A DNA stretch of 55,094 nucleotides, from positions 1 through 55,094 of the IMG/VR virus record IMGVR_UViG_3300044955_000042; one strand, written 5' to 3'. Positions 27,014 to 36,070 of this stretch are shown piece after piece; position 1 is the stretch's first letter, and every line of letters starts with the position of its first letter. Under the pieces are notes generated by a model. It was not told the DNA's origin and did no database searches. It saw only the letters and a list, made by a program, of their open reading frames with translations. Both the position numbers and the translations under genes were made by a program. Source of the stretch: a virus (lineage: Duplodnaviria; Caudoviricetes).

Positions 27014-30000
27014 TTAGCTACGAATTACTTCAGATGAGTGTATTGTTGCCACCCAAGAGATGTTTGTTGATGCTGCGCCTGTTACAAGGAATTGAACAGC
27101 ATCATTTGTTGTATCGGCTGCCATTGTAAACCCCCAACCAGGTGTATTATCAATTACTGTAATCGCTGAGTTAACAAGTGTTGCAGTTGTTACATTATGC
27201 ATAAGACCTTTTACTTCCCACGCTGCAACATTTGAGCTACCCGCTTGTTTAGCAACAATAGTACCATGAAACGCAACTGCGCCATTGCTTTGAACAACAA
27301 GTTGGTTGTCGCTCCCTGCAGTAAGCGTATCAGTTGACAGAGCCGTTTGTGTGGCATCCGTTGTGTTTTTAGCTAAAACAAGAAGCCCGTACTGTGCATC
27401 ACCTTTAGTTCCATTTAGAGATAAACCTCCAGTACCTCTAGCAAGACGGCCTTTTACACCGTGAGAATCAGCATAGTAACCAGAAACAAAAGAATAGTTT
27501 GAAGCTGCATCATTGTCTCTGTTAAAGGCAACGGCATACTGACCGCTAACTGTGTTGCTATCTCCATAAGCGTGTCCAATTAACCCACTAACGGTATTAC
27601 TAGAGCCTATCGCTACGCCACGCATTCCCGTAACGTTGTTGTCTTGGCCAATAGCAATAGAGGTTTGTGATCCTGATGATATATTAGATTTACCAATGGC
27701 TACAGCGTTAGGGTCATTTGCTATGTTTTGATACCCCATCGCAATACTGTTAGCACCAGATGCACCATAAGAAGTACTGTTATTTGTAATGTTTACAGCA
27801 AAACTATCCGTTCCTGATGCTCTTGAATCACCGATAGCTACGGCTCGTACAGCTAAAGCGTAAGCATCTGATCCTAGTGCTAAACTGTTTGTTCCTGTAG
27901 ATAGTGTTGTATCACCAATCGCAATAGAATCAGCAGAAGTAGCTTTTGCTAAATTACCTATTGCAACAGAACCTGCACCCGTAGCACCATAGCTTGAAGT
28001 ATTATCACCAATAGCTGCTGCAAAGCTATCAGTGCCAGAAGCGTAGGAGCCACCAAGAGCTACTGCACCACTACCTGCTGCAACAGAACCTGCAGTAGCT
28101 CCACTAGAGTTGTTACCAATAGCAGTTGCATAGTCAGCAGTTACGCTTGTGTTTCTACCAAAGGCTTGAGAACCAGCACCTGACACAGAGCTAGACGCAC
28201 CGATTGCTAGAGACGCAACACCAGAAGTAGAGGCTGATGGGCCTATCGCAATAGAGTAACTGCCAGTAGCAGTAGGGCGTGTCGTAGAAGCAGAGTTTCC
28301 ATTCTCTGACCAATAGCGACTAGACTTAGTAGAACTACTATACCAATCTGTACCATTAGATACTAGTTCAACACCTTCCCATGCATACAAAACACGAGTA
28401 GTGAGTGTTCCACCGTCAATCTTTTCAGTACCAGCAGGGTCAATAGTAACCACACCGTTACTTGTATTCCATATAGTAACAACGAATCCTGCACCTAAAG
28501 TAGCAGCAGATGTTAAGGAAACAGTAAAGGTTGCAGAAGCTACGTTAACATAAATAATCTTACCTAGATCGCTTGACGTAACAGTATACGCTGAACTTTT
28601 ACCATCTAGTGTAAGTGTAGGAGAGGCTGCATCAGCAAATGTAACATTACCAGAACCATCAGTGGTTAGCACCTGATCAGCAGTACCATCAGATGTAGGT
28701 AGGGTGTAGGCACTTGTTACACCCAAAGAAGTAGCTGTGACAGTGCCTGTGATATTTACATTACCTGTACCTGTAATGTTATTACTATTAAGGTCTAAGT
28801 TACCACCTAGCTGTGGTGTAGTGTCTTCTACTACGTTAGCTAAGAAACTACCTGCAGTAAATGTAGCTTGATCCCAAGAAGAACCATTCCACGCATACAG
28901 TTCGTTTGACGTTGTATCCCAATACAAAGCACCTGTTAGTAGTGCATCACCATCGTTGTCTACAGAAGGTGCAGAAGATTTAGCACCCAAGTAACGATCA
29001 TCAAAGCTGTCATACGAAGCTGCAGCAGCAGAAGCACTTGTAGCTGCATTCGTTGCAGAGGTAGCTGCGTTAGACTCTGATGTAGCAGCAGCAGCCGCAC
29101 TTGCTGCAGCACTTGTAGCTGAACCAAGGATGCTATCTACGTATGTTTTATTTGTAAGGTCTTCACCGTTAGTAGGAGTATAAGATGTAGTAACCTTATT
29201 AGAACCCATTGCAAGGGTACCTGTCATAGTACCGCCTGAAAGGTTTAACTTCAATGCATCTGCTGTATCAACGTATGTCTTAGTAGTTAAGTCACTTGTT
29301 GCGCTGGGTGTATACGTAGCAGTAATCTTGTTGGTACCCATGCTGATAGCACCTGTCATAGTACCGCCAGCTAAGTCCAGCTTTAACGCATCCTGTGTGT
29401 CTACGTAGCCTTTACGTGTAAGTGTGTCATCTGTTGCAGGAGTAGCAGTAGATGTAGCTTTATTAGCACCTAGCGTAATGTCGCCAGTCATAGTACCGCC
29501 AGACAAGTTAAGCTTTGTAGCGTCTGCTGTATCTACGTACGTCTTAGTTGCTGCATCTTGTGCTAGAGTAGGATCACCTAATCCTGTGATCTTGTTTGTA
29601 CCCATAGCAATAGCACCTGTCATGGTGCCTCCTGCTAACGGTAGCTTAGTTGCAATACTTGTTGTAATTGTTGTGCTGAAGTTAGGATCGTCACCCAGCG
29701 CTGCAGCTAGTTCATTCAAAGTATCAAGAGTACCTGGTGCACTATCTACTAGGTTAGAGATAGAAGTATCTACATATGACTTAACAGATTGCTGTGTAGG
29801 TACAAGTGTTGCACTGTTAGATACCATCGTATCTTCATCAACGAAGGCTGTGATAGAGATAGTACCATCAGACAAAGTACCGAAAGTTACATCACCTGTA
29901 AGATCGCCTGTAACGTTTCCAGTTACATTGCCCGTCACGTTACCTGTCAGGTTACCTGTAACATCACCAGTTACGCCACCTGTTAAATCTCCTGTGACAT

Positions 30001-30856
30001 TACCCGTAACATTGCCTGTAAGATTACCTGTTACGTTACCTGTGACATTCCCTGTAACGCTTCCAGTTAAATCACCTGTCACGTCTCCTGTAACGTTGCC
30101 TGTTAAGTTACCCGTAACATTACCTGTGACATCACCAGTAACATCACCCGTTAGGTTACCTGTCACATTACCTGTAACGTTACCGCTTACGTTACCTGTT
30201 AAACCACCGACAAAGCCTGTGTTTGCTGTAATAGTTGTACCTGTAATCGTAGATGCAGTTGTAGCACCAATAGTAGTACCATCGATAGTACCACCATCAA
30301 TATTAACAGTAGCAAAAGCACCTTGACCAGATGTAGTCAGAGTAGTAAACGTACCTGCAGCAGAACTAGAAGCACCAATAGTAGTGCCATCAATAGCACC
30401 TCCGTTGATGTCTACAGTAGCGAAAGTAGCTGTGCCTGTAACACCTAGTGTACCAGCAACAGTAGCATTCTCGTCTACCGTAAGTGTGTCTACCTTAGCT
30501 GTACCATCAAGGTACAGGTTCCGAAATTCTAGTGTGGTTGTTCCGAGATCTACGTCATTGTCAACAACTGGAACAATCACACCGTCTTGGATGTAGACTT
30601 GAGCAGCTGGGGCAGAAGAAACCTCAGAGTAAAATTCAATACGGTTTTGACCGTTATTTACTGAAACCTTATTGTTGCCATCAGTATCTGCAATGACAGG
30701 GATATAGGCACCTTCTGTTGAAGAGCCATCATGTTTGTGCCCAGTAGAAAATGCAAAAGCATCTCTAAGAGCGTTAAGCTCTGCGTTTACCGGTGCTGAT
30801 CTAACAACAGCGGTAGGTACGATATCTGCAGCAGATTGACGGGAATATCCGGCCAT
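27014..30856 (-). CDS. Main tail fibre protein
   Basis: N-terminal anchor (GH.HDG), VTGN repeats, AP..LDTL.ELA.ALGDD, KTYVD units, YDSFDDRYLG, YadA-like AIG repeats. Confidence 0.88.
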   Translation of the reverse strand: MAGYSRQSAADIVPTAVVRSAPVNAELNALRDAFAFSTGHKHDGSSTEGAYIPVIADTDGNNKVSVNNGQNRIEFYSEVSSAPAAQVYIQDGVIVPVVDNDVDLGTTTLEFRNLYLDGTAKVDTLTVDENATVAGTLGVTGTATFATVDINGGAIDGTTIGASSSAAGTFTTLTTSGQGAFATVNIDGGTIDGTTIGATTASTITGTTITANTGFVGGLTGNVSGNVTGNVTGNLTGDVTGDVTGNVTGNLTGNVTGDVTGDLTGSVTGNVTGNVTGNLTGNVTGNVTGDLTGGVTGDVTGNLTGNVTGNVTGNVTGDLTGDVTFGTLSDGTISITAFVDEDTMVSNSATLVPTQQSVKSYVDTSISNLVDSAPGTLDTLNELAAALGDDPNFSTTITTSIATKLPLAGGTMTGAIAMGTNKITGLGDPTLAQDAATKTYVDTADATKLNLSGGTMTGDITLGANKATSTATPATDDTLTRKGYVDTQDALKLDLAGGTMTGAISMGTNKITATYTPSATSDLTTKTYVDTADALKLNLSGGTMTGTLAMGSNKVTTSYTPTNGEDLTNKTYVDSILGSATSAAASAAAAATSESNAATSATNAATSASAAAASYDSFDDRYLGAKSSAPSVDNDGDALLTGALYWDTTSNELYAWNGSSWDQATFTAGSFLANVVEDTTPQLGGNLDLNSNNITGTGNVNITGTVTATSLGVTSAYTLPTSDGTADQVLTTDGSGNVTFADAASPTLTLDGKSSAYTVTSSDLGKIIYVNVASATFTVSLTSAATLGAGFVVTIWNTSNGVVTIDPAGTEKIDGGTLTTRVLYAWEGVELVSNGTDWYSSSTKSSRYWSENGNSASTTRPTATGSYSIAIGPSASTSGVASLAIGASSSVSGAGSQAFGRNTSVTADYATAIGNNSSGATAGSVAAGSGAVALGGSYASGTDSFAAAIGDNTSSYGATGAGSVAIGNLAKATSADSIAIGDTTLSTGTNSLALGSDAYALAVRAVAIGDSRASGTDSFAVNITNNSTSYGASGANSIAMGYQNIANDPNAVAIGKSNISSGSQTSIAIGQDNNVTGMRGVAIGSSNTVSGLIGHAYGDSNTVSGQYAVAFNRDNDAASNYSFVSGYYADSHGVKGRLARGTGGLSLNGTKGDAQYGLLVLAKNTTDATQTALSTDTLTAGSDNQLVVQSNGAVAFHGTIVAKQAGSSNVAAWEVKGLMHNVTTATLVNSAITVIDNTPGWGFTMAADTTNDAVQFLVTGAASTNISWVATIHSSEVIRS
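29890..30200 (-). repeat. 12-bp-period coding repeat, (V/L)TG(N/D)
   Basis: Tandem degenerate 12-mers such as GTTACCTGTAAC encoding more than 20 tetrapeptides. Confidence 0.9.
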
Positions 30857-30863
30857 AAATTAG

Positions 30864-32411
30864 TTACCTCCTGTCTGCAAGCGTATAAGAAATTACGATT
30901 GATTGGATTGTGTGGCTTGGTTGAGCTTCTGTTGTAACGTAAGTCAAGGAAATAGAATCTCCAGAGCCTTGCAGACTTGTTTTTCTAACTGGGCTTGGGT
31001 TACCATCAAAGATGTCTGTTGTGTCGTATGTGGCTAGACCCCAAAAAGCAGCTGCACCTTCTGTATTAAAAACGTAACCTGTTGGTGTTAGTGTATCACT
31101 GTTGCCATAATCAAACTCAACACCAATGTTGATAGATACTTGACCCTCTGACCTCATATAAGTATGGAGATCATAATAGATTTTTCTTAGGATGGGGTCA
31201 TCCATATAGATGTATGGGGTTTGGTAGAGAGAGAAAATTGGACTATCTTCAAAAGTGTTTCCAACTTCTTGCCTGTGCACCTTGCCGTTAGAGTCTCCGT
31301 GAATTACAAACTCCTCAGTACCGATATACCCAGAGTCTCCACAGGAAACTTCAACACCCACCAGCTGAGAAAACTCAAACCCAAGACCTGACTCACCAGA
31401 ACGACGAAGAGAGCCAATAAGGCCAAGAGCTTCAGCATTTGCAAAAAAGAGTCTAAACTGAGACTTCCTATTCAAGACCATCATTGTAATAGAGTCGAGG
31501 TTTTCGTTTTTGGAGTAAGCCTCAAAGATTGATTGAATGGGTTTTGTAAGTGTGCCCAACTCAAGGTCACCGATACGGTCAGTAGCACTTACAGGCCTAA
31601 TACCATCTGGGCTAAGGAAGATCAAATCACCGTTAAACTCTACCACAGCATCAGAGGAGATGCAACCAAGATTCTTTGTTACATCTGAAACCACAAAGTC
31701 AGCAATGCTTGTGCCAACCAATCGTTTAATATTGTTCACACCAAAGATATATAGTTGGTTACGGAAAGCCTTGATGGCCTTAACCTCAAAACCAACATTG
31801 ATAACGCCAGCACCACCTGCAGGTGTAAAGTCTGTCTCATTGAGTGGGGCTGAGAAGTAGACATTATTTGGTTCTGTAGAGTCACCAGACAAAAACAGGT
31901 GGCTAGAAAAGACCTCTGAGTACTTTGGATCTGAGGGTGCTTCACCACCAGTTAGCTGTACGTAAGATGTGCCATCCCATGTAGATGCAGGGTTGACACC
32001 ATCTGTAAGAATTATCTTTGGGACACCCCAGTTAATCTTAGTAAATCTAACTTTAGAAACACCAACCATTGTTGGGGAGCTAGAGAGAGTTGGGGTAACC
32101 CAAGCTTCTGTAGCATTGTCCCAGTAGTGGAGATAATCTGTACCAGATGCAGGTTTGCGACAGGCAAAGATACCATCGTTTACTTCGCTATACACAGCAA
32201 CACCAAGTACTGCAGTGTCAGCCTCTCCTGGAACTTCACCGTAGCTATTCTCATAGCCGCTTACACGACGGTACCCACCCTCAAGGGCAGGCTCATAGTT
32301 AATCATACGGATTGCAGATCCAGGGAGTGACGAACCTTGTGTGAGGTAATCTAGGTTATTTACCAAGCCACCCTGACAAGGTGCTGGAAAAGATCTAATG
32401 TTATCTGCCAC
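30864..32411 (-). CDS. Tail tubular protein B / nozzle
   Basis: 515 aa, beta-rich, GGL...N.EP...GGYRR start; located between adaptor and fibre. Confidence 0.75.
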   Translation of the reverse strand: MADNIRSFPAPCQGGLVNNLDYLTQGSSLPGSAIRMINYEPALEGGYRRVSGYENSYGEVPGEADTAVLGVAVYSEVNDGIFACRKPASGTDYLHYWDNATEAWVTPTLSSSPTMVGVSKVRFTKINWGVPKIILTDGVNPASTWDGTSYVQLTGGEAPSDPKYSEVFSSHLFLSGDSTEPNNVYFSAPLNETDFTPAGGAGVINVGFEVKAIKAFRNQLYIFGVNNIKRLVGTSIADFVVSDVTKNLGCISSDAVVEFNGDLIFLSPDGIRPVSATDRIGDLELGTLTKPIQSIFEAYSKNENLDSITMMVLNRKSQFRLFFANAEALGLIGSLRRSGESGLGFEFSQLVGVEVSCGDSGYIGTEEFVIHGDSNGKVHRQEVGNTFEDSPIFSLYQTPYIYMDDPILRKIYYDLHTYMRSEGQVSINIGVEFDYGNSDTLTPTGYVFNTEGAAAFWGLATYDTTDIFDGNPSPVRKTSLQGSGDSISLTYVTTEAQPSHTIQSIVISYTLADRR

Positions 32412-33100
32412 TAGCCTCTCCCTGCAATCACAGAACTTCTGAGGTGCACTGGATCATCCATGAGAACCCTACGCATGGCTTTAATGCCACTCTCAAAGTT
32501 CTGTTGGTGCATACCTGCACTTTGCTCATTAGACCTAAAGCGCATCATGAACATCATAGCGCCATCAACAATGGTATGGTTAAATCTACCGGGTATAACA
32601 CAGTGGTCATTAAAGAGTGTTAGCTCTTCTGGGAATGACCAATAGACGTACTCAATCTCGTAAGCCTCATCTGGGGTAGGGCTCACACCAAACTTTCTGT
32701 CAAAGGTCTGATAGACACGCTGTGTTGGCCCTACAAGGCCGTTATCATCTAATGCCCTGTATTGGTCAGTGTACTCTTCGTAGGTAATTACATCAAGCTT
32801 ACGTGGCTCGTTATCAATACCAGAAGTCTTCTTCAGGTAAAAGGTGTCAATATCTGAAGATGACCAATCAGCTGGGTAATCATACTCTCTTGTACCAGCA
32901 GTAAGAGCTTGTGTGTAAGTTGTTTTAAGGAAAGGCCACTCCTGGGCCTCCTGCAAGATTAGACGTATACTGTTGTTGATTGAACTCTTAGCAAGAGCCT
33001 GTACACCCCTCACTGTGTCAAAGCCATCACCAGCAGGGTCAAGTGTAACTTCATTCAACCTTGTAAGAAGGAGATTTGTTAGCGTTACGTAGTTCGACAT
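32411..33100 (-). CDS. Tail tubular protein A / adaptor
   Basis: N.LL.RLNEV, WPF, P.PD..Y.I.Y.Y, IP..F...IVDGA. Confidence 0.75.
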   Translation of the reverse strand: MSNYVTLTNLLLTRLNEVTLDPAGDGFDTVRGVQALAKSSINNSIRLILQEAQEWPFLKTTYTQALTAGTREYDYPADWSSSDIDTFYLKKTSGIDNEPRKLDVITYEEYTDQYRALDDNGLVGPTQRVYQTFDRKFGVSPTPDEAYEIEYVYWSFPEELTLFNDHCVIPGRFNHTIVDGAMMFMMRFRSNEQSAGMHQQNFESGIKAMRRVLMDDPVHLRSSVIAGRG

Positions 33101-33486
33101 TACATTCTCCGGGGTTCTATTTCTGTCTCTTTATGGAGTCTCTTTACTTCTTCAAAGGACTCGACAATAAGAGCTTCTATGTGCGTGTAGCCATTGTCTA
33201 CAGCAAACTTATATCTATTGTTTCCGATCAAGCATCTGTAGCCTTGATCTATCTCTGGTTGCACTGGACGTCTTTCAAACTTTCTTATATCAGAATTTTT
33301 GAAGACCTCTTCGGCACAAACAAGTAGGGGGTTTAACATACCTTTTAGGTTTAGAGAGGTATGAAGCTTTTTCTCAAAGGCTTTATCCTGAAGGTTGTCA
33401 TTCAGGGAGTATATCTCATCTAGTGCCAAGATGACTGTGTTATACTTTGTAGACGTACAAAAAAGTGTTTTACGATCTTTTGTCAT
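33100..33486 (-). CDS. ParB/Srx-like fold small protein
   Basis: SL..KGMLNPLLV, CLIGNNRY..A...GYTHI.ALIV. Confidence 0.6.
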   Translation of the reverse strand: MTKDRKTLFCTSTKYNTVILALDEIYSLNDNLQDKAFEKKLHTSLNLKGMLNPLLVCAEEVFKNSDIRKFERRPVQPEIDQGYRCLIGNNRYKFAVDNGYTHIEALIVESFEEVKRLHKETEIEPRRM

Positions 33487-33489
33487 AAA

Positions 33490-33525
33490 GTAGAATAGGG
33501 GGTACCCTAATTAAAGGATACCCCC
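33490..33525 (-). terminator. Hairpin/terminator after the major capsid gene
   Basis: GGGGGTATCCT-TTAATT-AGGGTACCCCC followed by a weak U-tract TATTCT. Confidence 0.7.
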
Positions 33526-33536
33526 AAGAACCAAGC

Positions 33537-34610
33537 TTACGCGAGGTTGTATTTTGCTGTTACCAGAGCTTCTGGACGCAGGATCTTACGACCGTAGAGG
33601 TGCATACCACGTACGATGTCTGCGAATGAGTCTGGGTCACGGTAGGTCTCTGTTTTAGAGATCTGCTCCGCAGTAGCAACTGCAGAATCGTGACCGGCAA
33701 CGATTGCGCCGTAGTTTGTGTTTTGGTTAGCAGTACCTGTAGTAGCTGCGCCAGTACCCACAACCGGAAGGTTGTTTGAAACATAAACACGGAAGCCGTT
33801 CCAGTTGTTGATAACCAGGCCGTTACGGAGACCACCTGAGTCACCGAAGTCAGCATTCAGGAAGCGGCTATCTTCATCAGACAGAACTTCGAGAAGTACT
33901 GGGTCAATAACGAGCCAGCGGCCAGACTTGTCAACATTTTGTTGGTCAAGAAGACGGCCCATACGGTTGATCATCATAACAGGTGAAACGTACTCTGTTG
34001 GAAGAGCAGTAGCGCCTGGGAGACGAGCAGCAACTGGGATCGCGTGATCGCCTGCAGCTGAAGTCGTGATGTTACCGAAGTCACCTTTTGTCAGCTTGTT
34101 GGCTGCAAGAAGTTCATCAGAACCTGCAGTTGTGTCAGCTTTAGTGCCGTTGACAACATCGTTCACAGTGTCAGCATTACCGTGGAGGGCAGACTGCTTG
34201 TAACCTGTCAGGTAACCAAGAACTTCTTGGTCGTGCTGGTCAGCCAAGCGGTATGCGGCACGGTTAGTTGCCATATCCATGAAGTTGACGTGTGAGTGAG
34301 CTTCTTCGATATCGTCGATTTTGAACGCGAAGTAGTTAGCGCGGTCAACAACGAGTGAGAAGTCATCGTCTGAAAGATCTTGAGCAGCAATCTGTGTACC
34401 ACGTGCATATGCAGATACAGAGATTTCTGGTTCTTTGATGATCTTTACTGTGTCGCCTTGGTTGGCGATCTCACCGAAGTAGTCAGAGTTGGTGATGTCA
34501 CCAGCTACTGTTGACTTACGGAAAGCGAGTTGTACTTTTTTGGAATAAATTACAGGTGAGAAGTTACCGTTTGGCAGGTTCCCATAACCCGAAACTGATG
34601 CAAAAGCCAT
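33537..34610 (-). CDS. Major capsid protein (HMO-2011-like / P22 coat-like family)
   Basis: GYGNLPNGNFSPVIYSK, ITN.DYFGEI...GDTV.I, RDPDSFADIVRG.HLYG.K.LRPEA. Confidence 0.92.
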   Translation of the reverse strand: MAFASVSGYGNLPNGNFSPVIYSKKVQLAFRKSTVAGDITNSDYFGEIANQGDTVKIIKEPEISVSAYARGTQIAAQDLSDDDFSLVVDRANYFAFKIDDIEEAHSHVNFMDMATNRAAYRLADQHDQEVLGYLTGYKQSALHGNADTVNDVVNGTKADTTAGSDELLAANKLTKGDFGNITTSAAGDHAIPVAARLPGATALPTEYVSPVMMINRMGRLLDQQNVDKSGRWLVIDPVLLEVLSDEDSRFLNADFGDSGGLRNGLVINNWNGFRVYVSNNLPVVGTGAATTGTANQNTNYGAIVAGHDSAVATAEQISKTETYRDPDSFADIVRGMHLYGRKILRPEALVTAKYNLA

Positions 34611-34649
34611 GTTTGAATCCTCCTATGATTATTTGGCTTCGTTTGATGG

Positions 34650-34825
34650 ACAAAGCTAAACATCTGCGTAAGAGGCTGATATTTTTCTAGGGTGCTTCAA
34701 TCTCTCAGTCGGCCAACCTCGAGATCTTAGGGCCTGTACTTTATCAGGTGAGTCTTGTTGTGTTTAGGCTTGTTTTAGTATCAGACTAACCAGAGGTATC
34801 CATTGGGGCTCTGGTTAATCTGACT
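34650..34825 (-). ncRNA. Structured 5' leader of the capsid mRNA
   Basis: 15-bp hairpin 34781-34823, plus nested pairings 34656-62/34761-67, 34676-80/34743-47 and 34700-04/34721-25. Confidence 0.6.
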
Positions 34826-34827
34826 TT

Positions 34828-34856
34828 AGTTATACTGAGTCCATTAAATAAGTCAA
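34828..34856 (-). promoter_or_regulatory. TTGACT-N16-TATAACT promoter for the capsid gene
   Basis: Intergenic, directly upstream of the structured leader. Confidence 0.7.
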
Positions 34857-34861
34857 GTGGT

Positions 34862-35785
34862 TTATCGAGCACCACCAGACAAATCGTAAACAAATTTACC
34901 GTTACGCTGAGACTCGAGAATTGCTGTCTCGTTAGCCTCGTACTCTTTTAGGGACATTTTAGCCACTTGGCTTTCAGTAAATGAACCCCGTGATTGGGCA
35001 GCATCCAAGCTTGTCTTAGAGCGTGTACCAACCATTCTTGCTGCACTCTTTGTACCAGACTTTCTGGCACTTGAGGTCATACCCTTATCAACCTTATACA
35101 GATCAATAACTCGAATAACAGATGCAGGATCATCAGAGTTTTCATACAGAGCATCTTGAACCCATTTAGGTTGTTCATCTGCCCAATCATGGAACTCGTT
35201 TGAATCTCGAAGTGTGTCAAAGTCTTCATGTGTAGATCGAATAGAATCTTCAGCTTTCTTAAGCCGGGCTTCTTCACTAATTTTATCAAGCTCTTTCAGG
35301 CGAGAGTCTGCTGTTGAAAACATCTCCTGAGCTTTTTTCTTTGCGATAGTCTCTACAATGGAGGCAACGTCAGGATACTTCTTTGACCACTCTGCAATAT
35401 CTTCATCAGACTTTGGTGGGAGAATGTTTGTAGAGGTCTTTTGATTTTTAACCTCGTTAAACTTATCTTCCCACTCCTTTTCTTTAGCCTGCATGTGACG
35501 ACGAAGATCACCATAACGCTTCTTAAAGGATTTTTCCTCTGGGCTTAGATCTTCTTCTTTTTCAACAACCTCAATTGGATCTGGATCTTTAGAAATCTCT
35601 TCTTCTTGAGGGGTATCCTGAACAACCTCTTCTTCGTCAGGCTCCTCTTCCCCCCGGGAGATGGCTTCAAGACGTGCAATCTCTTTTTCTTCAGCCTCAA
35701 TCTGTTGTTGTTTTTTATTGTGGTTATAGCCACGATCAACAAAACCAGCAGTCTTTGGTGTTTCAACTTTAGTCATAGTAGCCAT
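34862..35785 (-). CDS. Capsid scaffolding protein
   Basis: Acidic N-terminus, FKKRYGDLRRH, coiled coil, upstream of the capsid gene. Confidence 0.8.
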   Translation of the reverse strand: MATMTKVETPKTAGFVDRGYNHNKKQQQIEAEEKEIARLEAISRGEEEPDEEEVVQDTPQEEEISKDPDPIEVVEKEEDLSPEEKSFKKRYGDLRRHMQAKEKEWEDKFNEVKNQKTSTNILPPKSDEDIAEWSKKYPDVASIVETIAKKKAQEMFSTADSRLKELDKISEEARLKKAEDSIRSTHEDFDTLRDSNEFHDWADEQPKWVQDALYENSDDPASVIRVIDLYKVDKGMTSSARKSGTKSAARMVGTRSKTSLDAAQSRGSFTESQVAKMSLKEYEANETAILESQRNGKFVYDLSGGAR

Positions 35786-35851
35786 TTGTTTTCCTTTTAT
35801 ATGGGGTCGCTTAAAGCGAGTGGCCTGTTATTGTTTGACTTGGTTAAAGGG

Positions 35852-36070
35852 TTATTTTTTAGGGCGTCTTGCAGCAAGACCTTTTTTAGGTTTTTCTGCG
35901 GGCCTTGGTGCTGCAAGGCTATTCATCAGGGGTTTAAAAGTGTCTCCAAGAAGGGATGAAAAAAGCTGACCCTCTTCACTCATACGAAAAGCACGAACCT
36001 TTTCTTTATCTTCTTCTGGTAGACTTGCGTACCTCTCAGCCAAACCTTTTGTGTATTCTTCAAGATCCAT
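35852..36070 (-). CDS. Small hypothetical protein
   Basis: 72 aa, ends KKGLAARRPKK. Confidence 0.65.
   Translation of the reverse strand: MDLEEYTKGLAERYASLPEEDKEKVRAFRMSEEGQLFSSLLGDTFKPLMNSLAAPRPAEKPKKGLAARRPKK

Noticed and set aside
29424-30326. 300-aa plus-strand ORF of PVT repeats
   Set aside because: Antisense shadow of the VTGN repeat in the tail fibre.
24444-30856. Diversity-generating retroelement or invertible tail-fibre switch
   Set aside because: No reverse transcriptase, invertase, template/variable repeat pair or flanking inverted repeats seen.
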